Assembly: GCA_002189035.1 (NCBI GenBank) | Contig: NEEC01000002.1 | Coordinates: 3,906,001 to 3,970,000 of the forward strand | Source: Utricularia gibba | Lineage: Eukaryota; Plantae; Magnoliophyta | Reading direction: 5' to 3' | Length of the DNA: 64,000 nt | Shown: piece after piece, positions 38,375-51,700 of the stretch | Layout of the letters: the number at the start of each line of letters is the position of its first letter | How positions within the stretch are numbered: position 1 is the first letter of the stretch | Translations under genes and position numbers: made by a program | The notes under the pieces: model-generated | Database searches by the model: none | The model's input: only the letters and a program-made list of their open reading frames with translations | Told to the model about the DNA's origin: nothing

Positions 38375-38682
38375 TTCTATAATCCCACTAAATGAGGGAT
38401 GGTGTTATAATGATCACCGAGTAGCACTATTTTAAAATAACACTTCATAACTTGCGCAATCAGGTCAGTCCTAAAGGTTTACGCACATAGGTATGGGTGA
38501 ATTTTGAGCAATGTGGATCCTAAGTCCAAAACTTTTTTTGTGTTGTTTTTAAAACCTCACTTATTTTTTGTTTTCAATCTTTTTGAGTGTTGTTTAAAGG
38601 AAAATCCCAATAACAATTCCTTGTGGATATGATCTTATTTGATTACTTTGATGATTTCTGTGTACTTGCCGAATTACCATCA
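38375..38682 (+). mobile_element. 3' fragment of the LTR family found at 44849-45984
   Basis: Colinear with 45675-45984 (ataatcccac, ttgcgcaa, ccaataacaattcc, accatca). Confidence 0.8.
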
Positions 38683-39329
38683 AGTAGGCTTGAAGCTCGG
38701 CTTGACTCAGCTTGTATTGATAATTACATCAACTTTATTGTTCCCATCGCTCTAATTTCATGTCATCAACTCACCATTCACTAAAAAAACCTCCAGCATC
38801 CACATGGCCCCTATGTTCTCAACCAGGTTTTTATGGGCCGCCATGACCACTGACCCGTGACTTATGACCTAAATGTTGATGCAAGATGTCGCCTGAGGTG
38901 CCAGAAGCAAGCAAGCCATGCATGTGTAGTGAAATGAGACCCCTGCCCTCCATCATGATCCCTAACCTAAAATCAACATAAAATGCTAGAACTCACAATA
39001 ACAACAAGAAAGTATAAACCGAAGTCACCAACATTATCTGATTCAAAGTAAGAAGTTCCAACTCATAAAGTCACAACTCATAAATTTAGAAAGTATGCAA
39101 CATAAACAATCACAGATTACCAAGGTTCTTCTTCCAAGTTCTAAACTTTCACAACAAAGTTTCATGATCAAGTAAAGTAAATTCCAAAGGTTCTTCTTCC
39201 ACCTAAATAAAATAAGGTGAATATTATTAAAATTAGAAATAGAGCTACTGATATGGAATGAAAAATAAAAATTCTCATAACAATTTGGATTTTCTAATCC
39301 CATGAAGATGACAAACCCAATCACCGTCA

Positions 39330-40930
39330 CATAAAGAACTTGAACAATCTCTTTTCACAAAGAAGCACAATATGGATCAAGAACCCTTTCTCGGGTACTA
39401 AAATTTGATTCAATGCAACCGTAGTAAAAAAAATAGATAAAAATATCACATGACATGTGTGATAATATCTTGTAGTTCACTTCATTTGCCTTCCACCACA
39501 ACAACACATCAAATTTTAAGGATTCTTGTTCATTTTTGTCTCAAAACAGTTTTTCTTCCAAATAAAGCTCTAACTCAGACTTTTCTAGTTGGAGGCTTTC
39601 TGAAACATTTAAAAATTGATTAAACTCAGACCATCCAATAAATAACTGACTGTCTGAATGTGAAATATCAACAGAAGAGCCAATCCAGTTAAAATTTGGC
39701 ATATCATTTGAGTCCTTCATAGATTTATACTCATTGAATAAATCCTATAATTTGTTATAAACTTTGAGAATGTTTTGAGAGCATTCTTCTTTTGAGTAAA
39801 TAGCAGAATATGCAAAGTCAACCATCTTCATCTTAAATCAAGAATCTAAAATTGCAGCAATGGACATCACTAAATTGCACTCCTTCCAATATTTTTCAAA
39901 CTTGTCTTTTATCTTAGCAATCATATCCCACGGGTACTCTGAATAACTGCAAGGAACTTGCTTAATGTGATGTAGTCTGTCTTTGATATCATCTTAGTGG
40001 CCTCATATAACGCTTCAAAGATTTTTGTACTCTTGTCAATTTTCTTCCAATCTTGCTGTGATGGATAAGAAATAAATTTATGATCCATTTCTGTAAAAAT
40101 AGGAAAGACATGCTTGTACTTTGAAACCACGATCAATATTCCATACATAGAATTCCAATGGGTCAAGCAATCATAAATCAATTTCTTAGAAGATAGTTTC
40201 ATTTGATGAACGACTCTGTAAAACTTCTTAAATCTCGCTCCTGATGCAGTGATATATCAAACACCATCTCTGATCACTTGAATGAATTTCTAATCTTCAA
40301 CAATCCATCTTGAGTGGTACACCTAATATGAAACATTTTTCCCCTTTGGCAAGCGGCGAACACTTAAAAAAGTTTCTCTTAATAACTGAATCACCCCATC
40401 ATTTGTCGAAGCAGTATCAACTGCAATACAGAACACTTTTCCTCCAATTTTCCAATCTCTAATACATCGACCCACTATTCAACAATTTCTATCCCCGAAT
40501 GTGGAGGGGGAATATCAATAAAAGCACAAAATGACCCGTAACACACATATAAGAGATCCCTTGTGATGAGCACTTTTATATATTAGTGGTAAGAGAAATA
40601 TTTCTTACCCTCTTTAAAAGTGTCTTCAATTTTTTCTTTTCTTTGTCATACACAAACACAATCATTTTTAACTGTATCTCAAGATATCTTTATATAGTTA
40701 GGTCGGAAAAGTTTCATCAAAAATGTAAATTCTTCTTCTCCAACCACACTAAAGGTTGACTCGTGCATAAGTATCCAATGTGCCACAGATTCACGTGTTT
40801 TTTCATGATTGTATGTATCATTCGAAATAATGGGCCCTTCCACTTTAGATCCCATCAGTTGAAGATTTAACTTTCTCTGATACTTCAAGAAAATTGCACT
40901 AGCTGAACATGTTTTTTTCCAAATTCATTT
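39330..40930 (-). pseudogene. hAT transposase relic
   Basis: RESVAHWILMHESTFSVVGEEEF; LIYDCLTHWNSMY; dimerisation-domain VLLWWKANE at ~39490-39510. Confidence 0.85.
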
Positions 40931-40959
40931 TTCAAGTAAGTAGTTGACTGATTCTATCC

Positions 40960-43190
40960 TAGGACATACAATAGAAACATGTTCGTTGAGAGAAGAAAAT
41001 GCAGGAGTGAACGGTATGGGATATATGGAAAATCAAGGAGGATGGTACCAATCTTGGCATGTAGCTCGAAAACACCCCAATATGAGCTAGAGGAGCGGCA
41101 ATGCACTGAATCAACATCTATTGTAGTAGAATCAGCCGTAGCAAGTAACCTAGCATGAACCTATGCAACAAGGTCAACCACAGGAATAGACTTACTGGAA
41201 ACGTTAGCATAAGCAATTACAGCAAAGACCATATTAGCCCCTTCATCTAAGGATTGATTAGGTTCAACAACAATCATATATGGAAAAAAAAAATGATGAG
41301 GAGTATGCTAGAGGAAACCTACAAGGATAGAAAAGAAAGCAAAACAGAAAAGGAGTCAATTCAAGGAGCCATCAAGAACCTTCAAAAGCAAGCTGGATAA
41401 TTGGCAACATGAGTTGGAGAAATCGAGAGCAAATCGGAAAAGCTGCCTTCTCAACCTTTTGTGAACCCACAAGTAAATATTTCAATGATCGAGTTGAAAA
41501 GCAAGAAGAAATTGTTGGAAACTGAAGTGATGCTACCTCTAAATCAGCTCAGTGAAGAACTCATGCAAGAAACAAGCCAGGAAGAAAATCTTGAACAAGA
41601 TAGTGGCAAAGGACAGTCTGAACACACAGCCACTGAAGAACAAGAAAGAAGAAACGATCCGGGAAGAAAATCATGAACAAGGTGTCAAGGAGATAGAGGA
41701 ACAATACAAAGAAAGCTAAAATGCACAGAATTTTTTCTATCTTGAACTCAACTATGTGACCATGAAGGTAGTTGATTATTTGAAACAGGTTTCAAGAGGA
41801 CTCAAAATTCTGAAAGAATTATGCTTGGATTTGAATGTTGCTCTCATTGAAAGTATTACAACTCTAACTAACAAGTGACTTCCCCTAAATGTGGGGATAC
41901 AAGTACTTATTATATTTCTGTAGAGATTGATGGAAATGATTTTCAAGGGCCATGGCTGATCAAGGAGCAGCGATCAACATGATGTCATTGGATGTCAATG
42001 AGTCTCTTGGACTTGAAATCTTGAGGAAGACTAACACGAGACTATTTCTAGCAACAAGAGTAACTACCATTCCAGAAGGAATTGGTAAGGATGTGCTAGT
42101 GCAATTGTTGAAGACCTTGTACCCAGTTGATTTTGTGGTGGTGAAGATGCCTTCGATCAAAGAAGATGACGACATCATTATTCTAAAAAGGCCATTCTTA
42201 GCCACTATTGATTCACCTATTAGATGCAAGAAGGGAGAAATGACTGTGGGATATAAAGATGATTTTGTGGCGTTTAGTGCTTGTGAACCCAAAGTTGAGA
42301 TTTACGAAGTTGGAACACTAATGGAAGAAGAAGGTGCTGAAGATAGTGTTGTTGGTGACCACAAAGATACCATTGATGATTTGGTAGAATAAGTATACAC
42401 ACACGAGATGGAAGAATTGGTCATCATGGTAGATGTTGATGAAGAAGCAAGTTTGATGCAAGTGTTGGATGTCTAGAGGTCTTTGAATGACGTAGGACTT
42501 GCAGAGGTCTCTTTTGGGAAGAGACCTAAACTGAAGCCACTCTCAAACACTTAAAGTCTTATTTCTTTGGAGAAGATAGCACTTTGACTATTACTGTTAG
42601 TACATATCTAACCCTGGAGCAAAACAAAAAGCTCTCAGAGGTATTAAAGAAACACAGAAAAGCAATTGGATAGACTGTAGAGGACATCCAAGGAATATGC
42701 CCATCAGTTCGGATACTCTTAGAAGATGATGCCAAGCCAATACGACAAGTGTAGAAAAGAGTAAATCCGATTTTAATGGAAGTTGTGAAAAAAGAGATAG
42801 AGAAGCTGTTGAAGGTGGAGATGATTTATTCCATTTTAGACAGAAAATGTGTTAGTCTTATTCACATGGTGTGAAAGAAAATAGGAATCCAACTTGTTAC
42901 CAATTCTGAAGGGAAGCAAGTCACCACGCGAGTGGAAAATGGATGGAGAGTGTGTAGTGATTACCGATGTCATGAGAAAGGGCCACTACCCTCTCCTCTT
43001 TATTGATCAAATGCTTGATAAGCTTAGTTGGAGAAATATTACTGTTTTCTTGATGGATATTCACGTTACAACCAAGTGATAGTTGCACCCGAAGATCAAG
43101 AGAAGACAACATTCACTTGTTCATTTTGTATGCTTGCTTATAGGAGAACATTTGATCTATGTAATACTCCTACTATATTTCAAAAGTACG
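40960..43190 (+). pseudogene. Athila-type gag-protease-RT relic
   Basis: LPSQPFVNP; MADQGAAINMM protease; HYPLLFIDQML and YCFLDGYSRYNQV..EDQEKTTFTC RT. Cut at 43195. Confidence 0.85.
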
Positions 43191-43194
43191 TAAC

Positions 43195-44400
43195 TAGGGA
43201 TGAAACTCTTAGCCCAAGCCTATGGGTCAGCCTAGTGCGACCCAGAAAAAATTCAGGCTTGGGCCTAAATGTTAATGACTTATTGAGCTTTTTTAGCCCG
43301 AAGCCGAAGCCCTTAGGGCTTAGGGCCCCAAAAGCCTGATGGGCTTAAGGCTCTACTTGAGTTCAGGTTTTATGCATCAAAGTAGCTTCATTTATTATTC
43401 AAAAAATTCTCAAACAAGTTGGCAACCTCCACATAGAAAATTGATTTGGTACAAATTTTTTCTCATGTATTCAATGTACTTATCTTGTGAATCTAGTTTT
43501 CATATCGCCTTTATTTTTTTGATATCATTCTCATTTCATCTAAATCAATTGAACACAGGTAAGATTTTTTTCTCAAGTCATCAATTTTTAAGATATCAAT
43601 CATCTTTCAGCATCTGAACAATTTTTGGAAAAAAAAGGAATTTTTATATTTATTATAGTTTTTGATGTTTATTTTATAATGGTCAATTTCATGTTAGTTG
43701 ATTTTTTTACGTTTATTCATTTGTATTGGCATGGATATGAATAATCTTGAAGACATATTATAGTCATATTTATCATCTCCTACATCTTCAATTGGAAAGG
43801 ATTTAGAAGACATCAGTGACACTATTGTAAGAAAATGTTGACTTGTGGTAGAAAATCAAGTACATCTTATTTATTAAGGCATACTCGAAGTTCTCTGAAA
43901 TCTCCAAAATTTCATGATATAAGTTGTTTACTTAGTGATCAAACTACTTTGGTCAAAAAAGCAAAATTTAATCATAATGAATTTTGAGATTCAGTAGCAA
44001 GAGCATATATCATGTATGATCTTCCATTTATTACTGTTGAATATGAAGGATTTAATGTTGCAAATGGAATTCTTTATCCACATTTTAGATCTATTAGCAC
44101 AATAACTGTAAGAGCTGATTGTCCACTATACTTGGACAACTGTTACTATTAAAGGATATATAACTATGATTGCTCATTATGTTGATAAAAATTAGAAATT
44201 AAACTCTAAATTGCTTGCATTTGTGAAATTGAATGGTTCCCATATTGGAGAGTTATTAGTAGGCAAGCCATATGGAGTACTAAGAAATTGGATAAGCTAC
44301 ATCCAATGAAAGTATGGTGAGAATTTTGAAAGAAAGGTTTCAAATGCAGAATTGATTATTTTGTGATGGTGATTAAGCATCATGAAAGATTTGTTGGTAT
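43195..44400 (+). mobile_element. 5' end of a hAT element with Ac-type TIR, subterminal repeats and degraded transposase
   Basis: TAGGGATGAAA at 43195-43205; clustered gggcc/gggct repeats to ~43350; MYDLPFITVEYEGF and YITMIAHYVD in 44000-44240. Confidence 0.8.
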
Positions 44401-47235
44401 AATGTTGTTTGGTCATCACATCAACTTTACCATTTTATGTTGAAGATCACTTGCTTTCTCTAGGTTTGTCACTAGTCATAATCATGGCTTGGTGGCCTGG
44501 TATGCCTTGTGATGAAGTTAATCAGGAAGATGACAACCTTTCCTATAAATCATGTAGTATGGAGACATCTCAATCGGATTATTGTAAGTTGTATAGTATG
44601 CCTATAATGCTTCATTTATTCTTAAGCTCCAATCTCGTCTATTTGGGTTCACGGTCTGCTCCAATATCCTCTTTACTTCTCGATTTGATATCTATGCCAT
44701 GCCATTTTTTTGAGGATGTCTGGATGTAGAAGGTGGTGGACGACTTCACACTTGGCTAGTGCATTTTTTATGGCATGATTCATGAAATGGGTGCCATGAT
44801 TAGAGATGATGATCATTGGATGACAAATTATGAGTATAAGATAATGATTGATAACTGATTTTTTGTCATTCCAAAACATATTTTTCCATTACTCTTGAGT
44901 GTTGTTTTTATTTATTTTAGACTCCACTTTCTCATTATTCTCAATTGATTTTGCATCTTTCATACTACTGTGATCTTTTTGGAGATAAAGTGTATTTTTG
45001 GATTTTTAGGGCACTTTTGGATTGATTTGAGGAGAAATCAAGACCCACCAAATTATGGACTTGATGGACTACGAATCTCAGCCAAGACTTGGTCAAATGA
45101 TGAAGATTTGGTCTAATTTTCATGGATAAGATAGAGATATGAAGATGATCTTCGAAGATTTGGATAGAACATCTTATCCAAACCCATCAAACAAGCTCAA
45201 TAGGAAGACTTGGATCTACTCTCCTATAAATACCCTACTCTCTCAACCATAATAGACGTCCTTTGACCACTTTTCCTTTGTATTTTTCCTATTTTCATGT
45301 CTATTTTTATGTTAGAGTCGAGTCTGTGCATATAGGACATTGCGACTGAGGATCTGCAGTGAAGCTTTGCTTGCTCAAGTCCTGTGCGTGTGACTGCTTT
45401 CCTACGTTTTTCGACATTTAAATTGAGGTTTGATTTTGTTTTTCCAAACGTTTTCTTTACCACCGTGCTCTTTAGTATCACATAACATGAAGGGAGTGTG
45501 AGAGAATCAAAGGTTGGCCTCAAGTACCTAAGGAGAAGGGCTCAATCGAACATCGTTGGTAAGGTACATTCTGTCTAATCTGTCTACGAGATGTGAGGTG
45601 TAGGGGTTAGATTTCGGTGTGGGGAAAACATGGGTTATCATAAGAGGTGAAATGGCTCTGGTGGCGTGGGGTATTCCATAATCCCACAAAATAAGGGACG
45701 GTACTATAACGGTCACCGACTAACACTATTTCAGAATAACACCCCCAAAGCTTGCGCAAGCAGGTTAGTCTTCAAGGTTTGCACACACACAAGGGACGAG
45801 TTTTGAGCAAGGTGGATTTTCGATCCAAGGCCACTTTTCTTATTATTGTTAAACCCAAATCTCTCTTGTGTTTTCAGTTTTTATGAGTCTTTGTTTGAAA
45901 AGAAAATTCCAATAACAATTCCCTGTGCATACGATCTTATTTTATTACTTCGACGGTTTCTGTGCACTTGCAGAATCACCATCAGTGATCAAGAAATAAC
46001 CCATGGATTTTGCATCATCTCTCTCACAAGTTATGGTTTCCACCCATTTGAAGACGTAATCCATAGCAAGTAGAATATAGAGTTTTCCTTTGAAGGGAGG
46101 AAAGGATCCCATGAAATTAATACCCCAAGCATGAAAAATTTTACATATGATAATGGATTAAAGAGGCATTTCATATTTCCTCTTTGACATTTCGGGCATG
46201 CCTTGCAATAAAGATACATATCCTTGGATATTGTAGGCCAATAAAATATAGAGTGCACTTCATCTTGTGGAATACATCTTCGAATAATTTGATCAGTACA
46301 TATTTTCCAGAGATATGAGTCATCGCAAGTGAAAAATACTTCATAATCAATGACAAGCTAGCAATTCATTCATTAAAAGTATTTTCATAAACCCTGAAAT
46401 GATCCATAAAAACCTCAATAATGTTTTCCATAAATTCTGAAAAAATACTAACCATGCATCACTAACAAAAACGACCTTTGCTTCATCTCCAAAGACAATG
46501 GGTATTTGATGAAAACTAGAGTAATCATCCAAACAACAATAGTGGTTTCTTTTATCAAGTCTCTCCAGTATCTAGTCTATGAATGCAATTGGGTAGTGGC
46601 CTCTCTTGGTGGCTTCATTCAACTTGCGATAATCAATGCATATTTTCCAGAACTCAGCACTCTTGTTGGAAGGAGCTCTCCTTAGTTGTTTGTCAGGAAA
46701 ATAATGCTTATTTTCATCGAAACAACTTGCATAGGCTAACGAATTGGCTTCGTTCCTCCTCCAAATAAATGTGGTGAGTGTATATGGAGGGACTTATTCT
46801 ATTAATGTTTGCCAATATCCATTCGATTGCTTGCGTGCGCTACTAAAGAACACTCGAGTTTTTCCTCATATTCCATGGTTAGTGTACTAGAGATAATAAT
46901 ATGTAAATTCTTGTTATCACAAGACACAAATATTTCAATAGTTCGGGTAGGGTTTTTAACTTGAGTGATGAGGCATGAATGACAAAAGGAATCAATTGTT
47001 TGTCAAGTATTAGTAAACTAAGAAAAGCAACTTTGTGAAATTCAAATTTTTGGTGATGCACATGAGCAATGTATCTTGCCCATGGACCTGCCAGTTGTTT
47101 TACATCTGCATCAAATATGGAAATTAAACATATCTCGTTGATCTGGTTTGATGTATTTCCTGACTTTATGATAAATGAAAAATTTACAATGTCGTTAAAA
47201 TTCATACAGAAAATATAAGCATTGTGGATCAAGGA
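44400..47235 (-). pseudogene. Athila-type pol relic (linker, RT, integrase) split by a solo LTR
   Basis: ISPSI; GHYPIAFID; FYWPTISKD..CKACPKCQR; AMDYVFKWVE; IISNHGTHF. Confidence 0.85.
44849..45984 (+). mobile_element. Solo LTR (TGAT...ATCA) with near-perfect TSD
   Basis: Flanks are atgat (44844-44848) and gtgat (45985-45989); the integrase reading continues on both sides. Confidence 0.85.
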
Positions 47236-47269
47236 TGGATAAGTTGGGATATATTGAGTTTCATATATT

Positions 47270-48447
47270 GCTTACACAATGGTTCTCACATGTAATGAGA
47301 TTACTAAAAACAATGTGTAGGTTCCAATTTGAGAATTGATTCACTAGATGACTCATCTTAATACAAGGAGCTATGTGCTTGTTGTGTGAGCGTAGATACA
47401 AGTTGTTTTTGTCATGGTGAAGAGGTCAACAAAGTTATCTTAATCTTAAGCTCACATTTTCGCTCATTACTAATGGGAGCCTAACCATGGCTTGCCTAGT
47501 ATGGATGAGTAGGGATGTGACTCCTTAAGGTTGGAGATAGTTGATTGATCAATAAAGGATTCATCACTCATGTTAGCGATGAGATCATATCTCAAGTAAT
47601 TGCATCAAAGCCTAACAGTAAGTCCTGGGCCCAGGGTAATGACACTCGAATTGTTTGAGTAGGTCATTGAGTGTTAGTGCTTGAATGCAATTATAAGTTC
47701 GATACATCAGAAAGACATACACCCATGTTCTGGTGTCGAATGAGATATAAGTATGATGAAAGCTGTTCATTGCATGGTGGCTGATCATGGAAAGGCTCAA
47801 TCAGTTCACCTGATTATTCTTTAATCTTGGGGATCATGATATGTTGTTAGACATCACTAATGATCGATAATGATGGATTTGATTAATTAAGAGTTATCGA
47901 CGGAGTGCTCCGTGAGTGGATACCATAGAGGCCGTCTGCTATTGACGGTTGGTGAACAACGGAGTCATCTGAAAGGTATTTCAGAATCCCTTTGTCTAAT
48001 GTATACCGTATTCCAAGATCAGCGTTGGGGGTTTCTCAAATTTTTTAAAATTCCGCTGCTTTTGAGACATATGATGTCTACGAGAAACCCAACAGTGGTA
48101 TCAGAGCTAGGTTACAGAATACGTGTATACGTTAGAATCTTTGCTGATTTTACGAGATTTTCTCGTATGTTGCCTTGTCGGTGACACATTATAATCCTTG
48201 CTGATTTTTCGAGATGTTCTCGTATGTTGCCTTGACGGCGATCATCGTAATAGCATGTGATTTTGCGAGATGTTCTCGTACGTTGCCTTGCCGGCGATCA
48301 TGATAATAGCATGTGATGCACAAAATCTGATTATGTTGGATTGTTTTGCTGCCCTAGGATGCACGAAATTACATTGATGATTGATGCTTTCGAGAATCAT
48401 ATCTTACGTGTATATGCGCAGCATGATGATGGTTTATATGTGAAAGT
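47270..48447 (+). mobile_element. Composite Angela 5' LTR (to 48094), PBS and start of 5' UTR
   Basis: Ends gagaaacccaaca; internal deletion at ~47893; UTR with ~54-bp tandem units at 48205-48316. Confidence 0.88.
48096..48107 (+). promoter_or_regulatory. tRNA-iMet primer binding site
   Basis: Exact TGGTATCAGAGC, 1 nt after the LTR end. Confidence 0.95.
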
Positions 48448-48459
48448 TATTCGAAAGGA

Positions 48460-48793
48460 ACAGCGTCCCTTAGTCAAGGTCCATTACATACATTGTATCT
48501 TTTATTTCTGAATTTCAAAAACCCCTTTTTACCAACCCGTGACAATTTGTAAATGTTTAGTAAAAAACACTTTTTGTAAAACTCAACTCCCTGAGATCGA
48601 CACTCATACTATGCTTTATTGTGTTTTAAGTTTTTCTAAATTAAAATTTTTTGAGGAAAGGACACTTAACAAATTTTTTGTGCCATTGCCAGTGAGTTGT
48701 GTATTTTTGTGTTTAGTGTTGTGTATTTTTTGCTGCTGTCTTTTTCTGTTTTTATGCATTCAACTACACCGAAGGGCCACCGAAGCTTGAGAT
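48460..48793 (+). mobile_element. Athila-type LTR 3' end, degenerate PBS and UTR start
   Basis: Homologous to 49865-50250; LTR ends gacacttaaca at 48671. Confidence 0.75.
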
Positions 48794-51700
48794 CTATTAA
48801 GTATCATTTTCTAGTTATTTATTAGGCATTATTATGTGTTAATCTAGTATTAAGTCGCCCAAATTAGGAGTCTTATTATTAAGTATTTGATTTTTATTAG
48901 AAAATTCCTATTTTCCTATTTTGTATATATTTTATGTCTTTTTTCTCACACTTTGATTGAGACATTTCAGGAGACTGTTGTGGAGTGTTGCAAGAGTATT
49001 GAAGGTTGTCAGAGTCTGACTTTTGGTGCCTTGTATGCGACTTGGAACAATTGTGGGCGGAAGACTGACACTAGTCAAGGCCCCTGACTTACGGCATGTC
49101 AGAGTCTACAGAAATGATTGGGCGCAAACTTGCACGCAAAGGAAGTCTCGTGATGCATGCAAGACAGAAGGAATGATGGGAAGGGGACCCAAAAGAGTTA
49201 ATGAACGTGGGTAGTGATATAACGCCACTTGGAGCACTTAGTTTCGGACTTTTGAACCTTTGTTTCTAGACTTAGAACTTTTGAGTTCTTCCTCCCCTCC
49301 AAGGAAGAAGAACACTTAGCTTCCATTTTCGTTTCTGTTTCTATGGCCCTTTGTGGCTAAAACCCTTTATTTTCTAGGAGAAGATGAAGTTTCCTTTCAA
49401 GTCCTGAGCAATACACTCGGTTCTTCGCTGAATTGATTTCGGATTCAACATACTTCAACGCATCTTGTTGCAGTCTTTCTGTAACGACTCTTAGTCAAGG
49501 TCCATGAGTAGCAGGCCACTCCTCGCAGATTTTAGTGAAGATCAAGGTGAAGTGCACCAACTCCAACCTTGCCGGTTCGAGGGAAGTAGTGGATTCTTTG
49601 TGGTTAGGTACCGCGACATTGGACAAGTTGTGACCTCGGACCTGCCACTGGCCATTGGAAACAGCTGGGCACACGCACGCAATTCAATCTTGTCTTCCTA
49701 ATTGTCCAAGGAGGAATCACATGAGGTTATTCCCGTGCCTCCTTGTCAATCAGAGTGTAAGGGAGAGTAGGCTATTCCTTGCTCATATAACCAGCTATTC
49801 GGAAGAAATCAGTGAAAACCGAGGCAAGGACAGACAAAGGAAGTAGATGGAATCTCATTACCAGGAACTGCGTCCGTAGTCAAGGCCCATCACTTAGGTT
49901 GTAACGTTTGTTTATGCTCACAAACCCCTTTTACAAAACCGTAACATTTTGTGAAAGTTTCTTACAACCACTTTTCACGAAAAACAACTCCCTGAGATCG
50001 ATACTCGTACTACGCTATTTGTGTTTTACATGTTATAAATATTTAAAATTTGTTGAGGAAACGACACGCAACAAATTTTTCGTGCCGTTGCGAGGGAGTT
50101 GTGTATTTTTGTCTTTAGTGTTGTGTATAGCTTTTCTTTTCTTTTCTTTTTCTTCCTTTCTTCTTGTTTTTCTTCTGTTTCTGTTTTGCTGCTGCTTTTC
50201 TCTGTTTTTATGCATTCAGCTCCACCAAAAGGTCAGCGAAGCTTGAGATCATAGCGAGACATCTTGTGCCCTTTAGATCCAGAGATTGAGCGTGCATTTC
50301 TGGAAAAAAAGAGGGAACTAACTTCAAATCTATCTCCTGACAAATAAATGGCTGCTCAACGAGCTACTGGAGTCCCCACAATGCATGGAAAACAAGAGAA
50401 ACAGCATCCGCCATTTTTTCCAGTACTATAGATCACTAAACATGGCCTAGCACTGAGGACCATAAAAGAAAAAATCACCGCCAGCCATGCTGACCGACCA
50501 CTTTGGATCATTTTTTATGCGGAAGAGGACTTTGAGCTTCGCCCATATCTGTTTCAGACACTACCTAAGTTCGCTGGGAAAGAAAATGACGACCCAAATA
50601 GTCATCTTAGAGAGTTTCACACGGCTTGTGCATCCATGCGCTCAAAAGGTGCAACGGAGAACCAAGTCAAGCTGCGGGTCTTCCCTTTCAATCTCACTGA
50701 GCAAGCCTTGGAGTGGCTGTATGGATTACCACCATCCTCTATTGCAACCTGGCAGCAAATGATTCAGAAGTTTCTTGATCGATATGCGCCCCTAGGAAGA
50801 ACATTCGCCGGAAGAAGAGTTTTAGCTACCATGCTACAAAGTGAAGGAGAGAATTTACAAGAGTATTATGACAGATTCCACCAGATCTGCAACACTTATC
50901 CACTGCATGGACTTACTGAAGGTCAAATTTTACAACATTTTTACGAAGGACTGACCTCTATGATCAGGGGACAAATGGATGCCGCTTGTAATGGGTCATT
51001 ACTAGAGAACCACCACAGCGCTGATGCCCGAAGATTAATAGAACAAATGGCTGCCAACTCTCATTCTACATCCAGCCAATATGACTACTCATACTGAGCA
51101 CCTGGAGGAAATTCTCAGCCTGTAAATCAGTGCACGAAGTGGATAATTCTGAAGTTTTAGCTCAATTTGCTGCTATGAGTGAAATTCTGGAGGAAATTCT
51201 CAGCCCCATCACTAGGGAACCCTTCTGCTGTTACTCAGAAAACTCTCACTGCTCTGCCTCAACCTCTGCAAATCACTGGAGTTCCAGATCAACCTCTTCT
51301 TCCTTATCAGCTGAATCATAATCTGGAGTCTATGGTGAAGTCCTTTGCCGAGAGCACCACCAAGATGTATGCTGCCCAAAAAGATATGGATGGACGAATT
51401 ACAAGCATGCAAACTCATATTACCCAACTGGTTCAAGCCATGAACCAAGTGGAGATGCAAGGAGCATTGCCATCCTAGGCAGTGAAGAACCCAGAGCACA
51501 TCAACGCTATATCTTTAAGAAGTGGGAAGGATCTGCCGGAATTTAACCCATGGTTCATGACTAAGGTGGACAAATCTGACGAAAACGAATTAGAAGTCTT
51601 GGATGATGATCATGACGTGGATGAGGAGATTATTTTAGAGCATCCTGATGATTCTGTAGTTCATAACATTGCTTTACCGACGCCACCTGAAGAAGTGAAG

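Noticed and set aside
43312-43328. (TTAGGGC)2 as an interstitial telomere
   Set aside because: Two units of a non-canonical motif inside hAT subterminal repeats. Scattered gggctta motifs at 15075-15260 are likewise not an array.
44400-47235. Minus-strand Athila pol as the displaced continuation of the element cut at 52772
   Set aside because: It contains its own copy of the linker and ISPSI region, so it is a separate copy.
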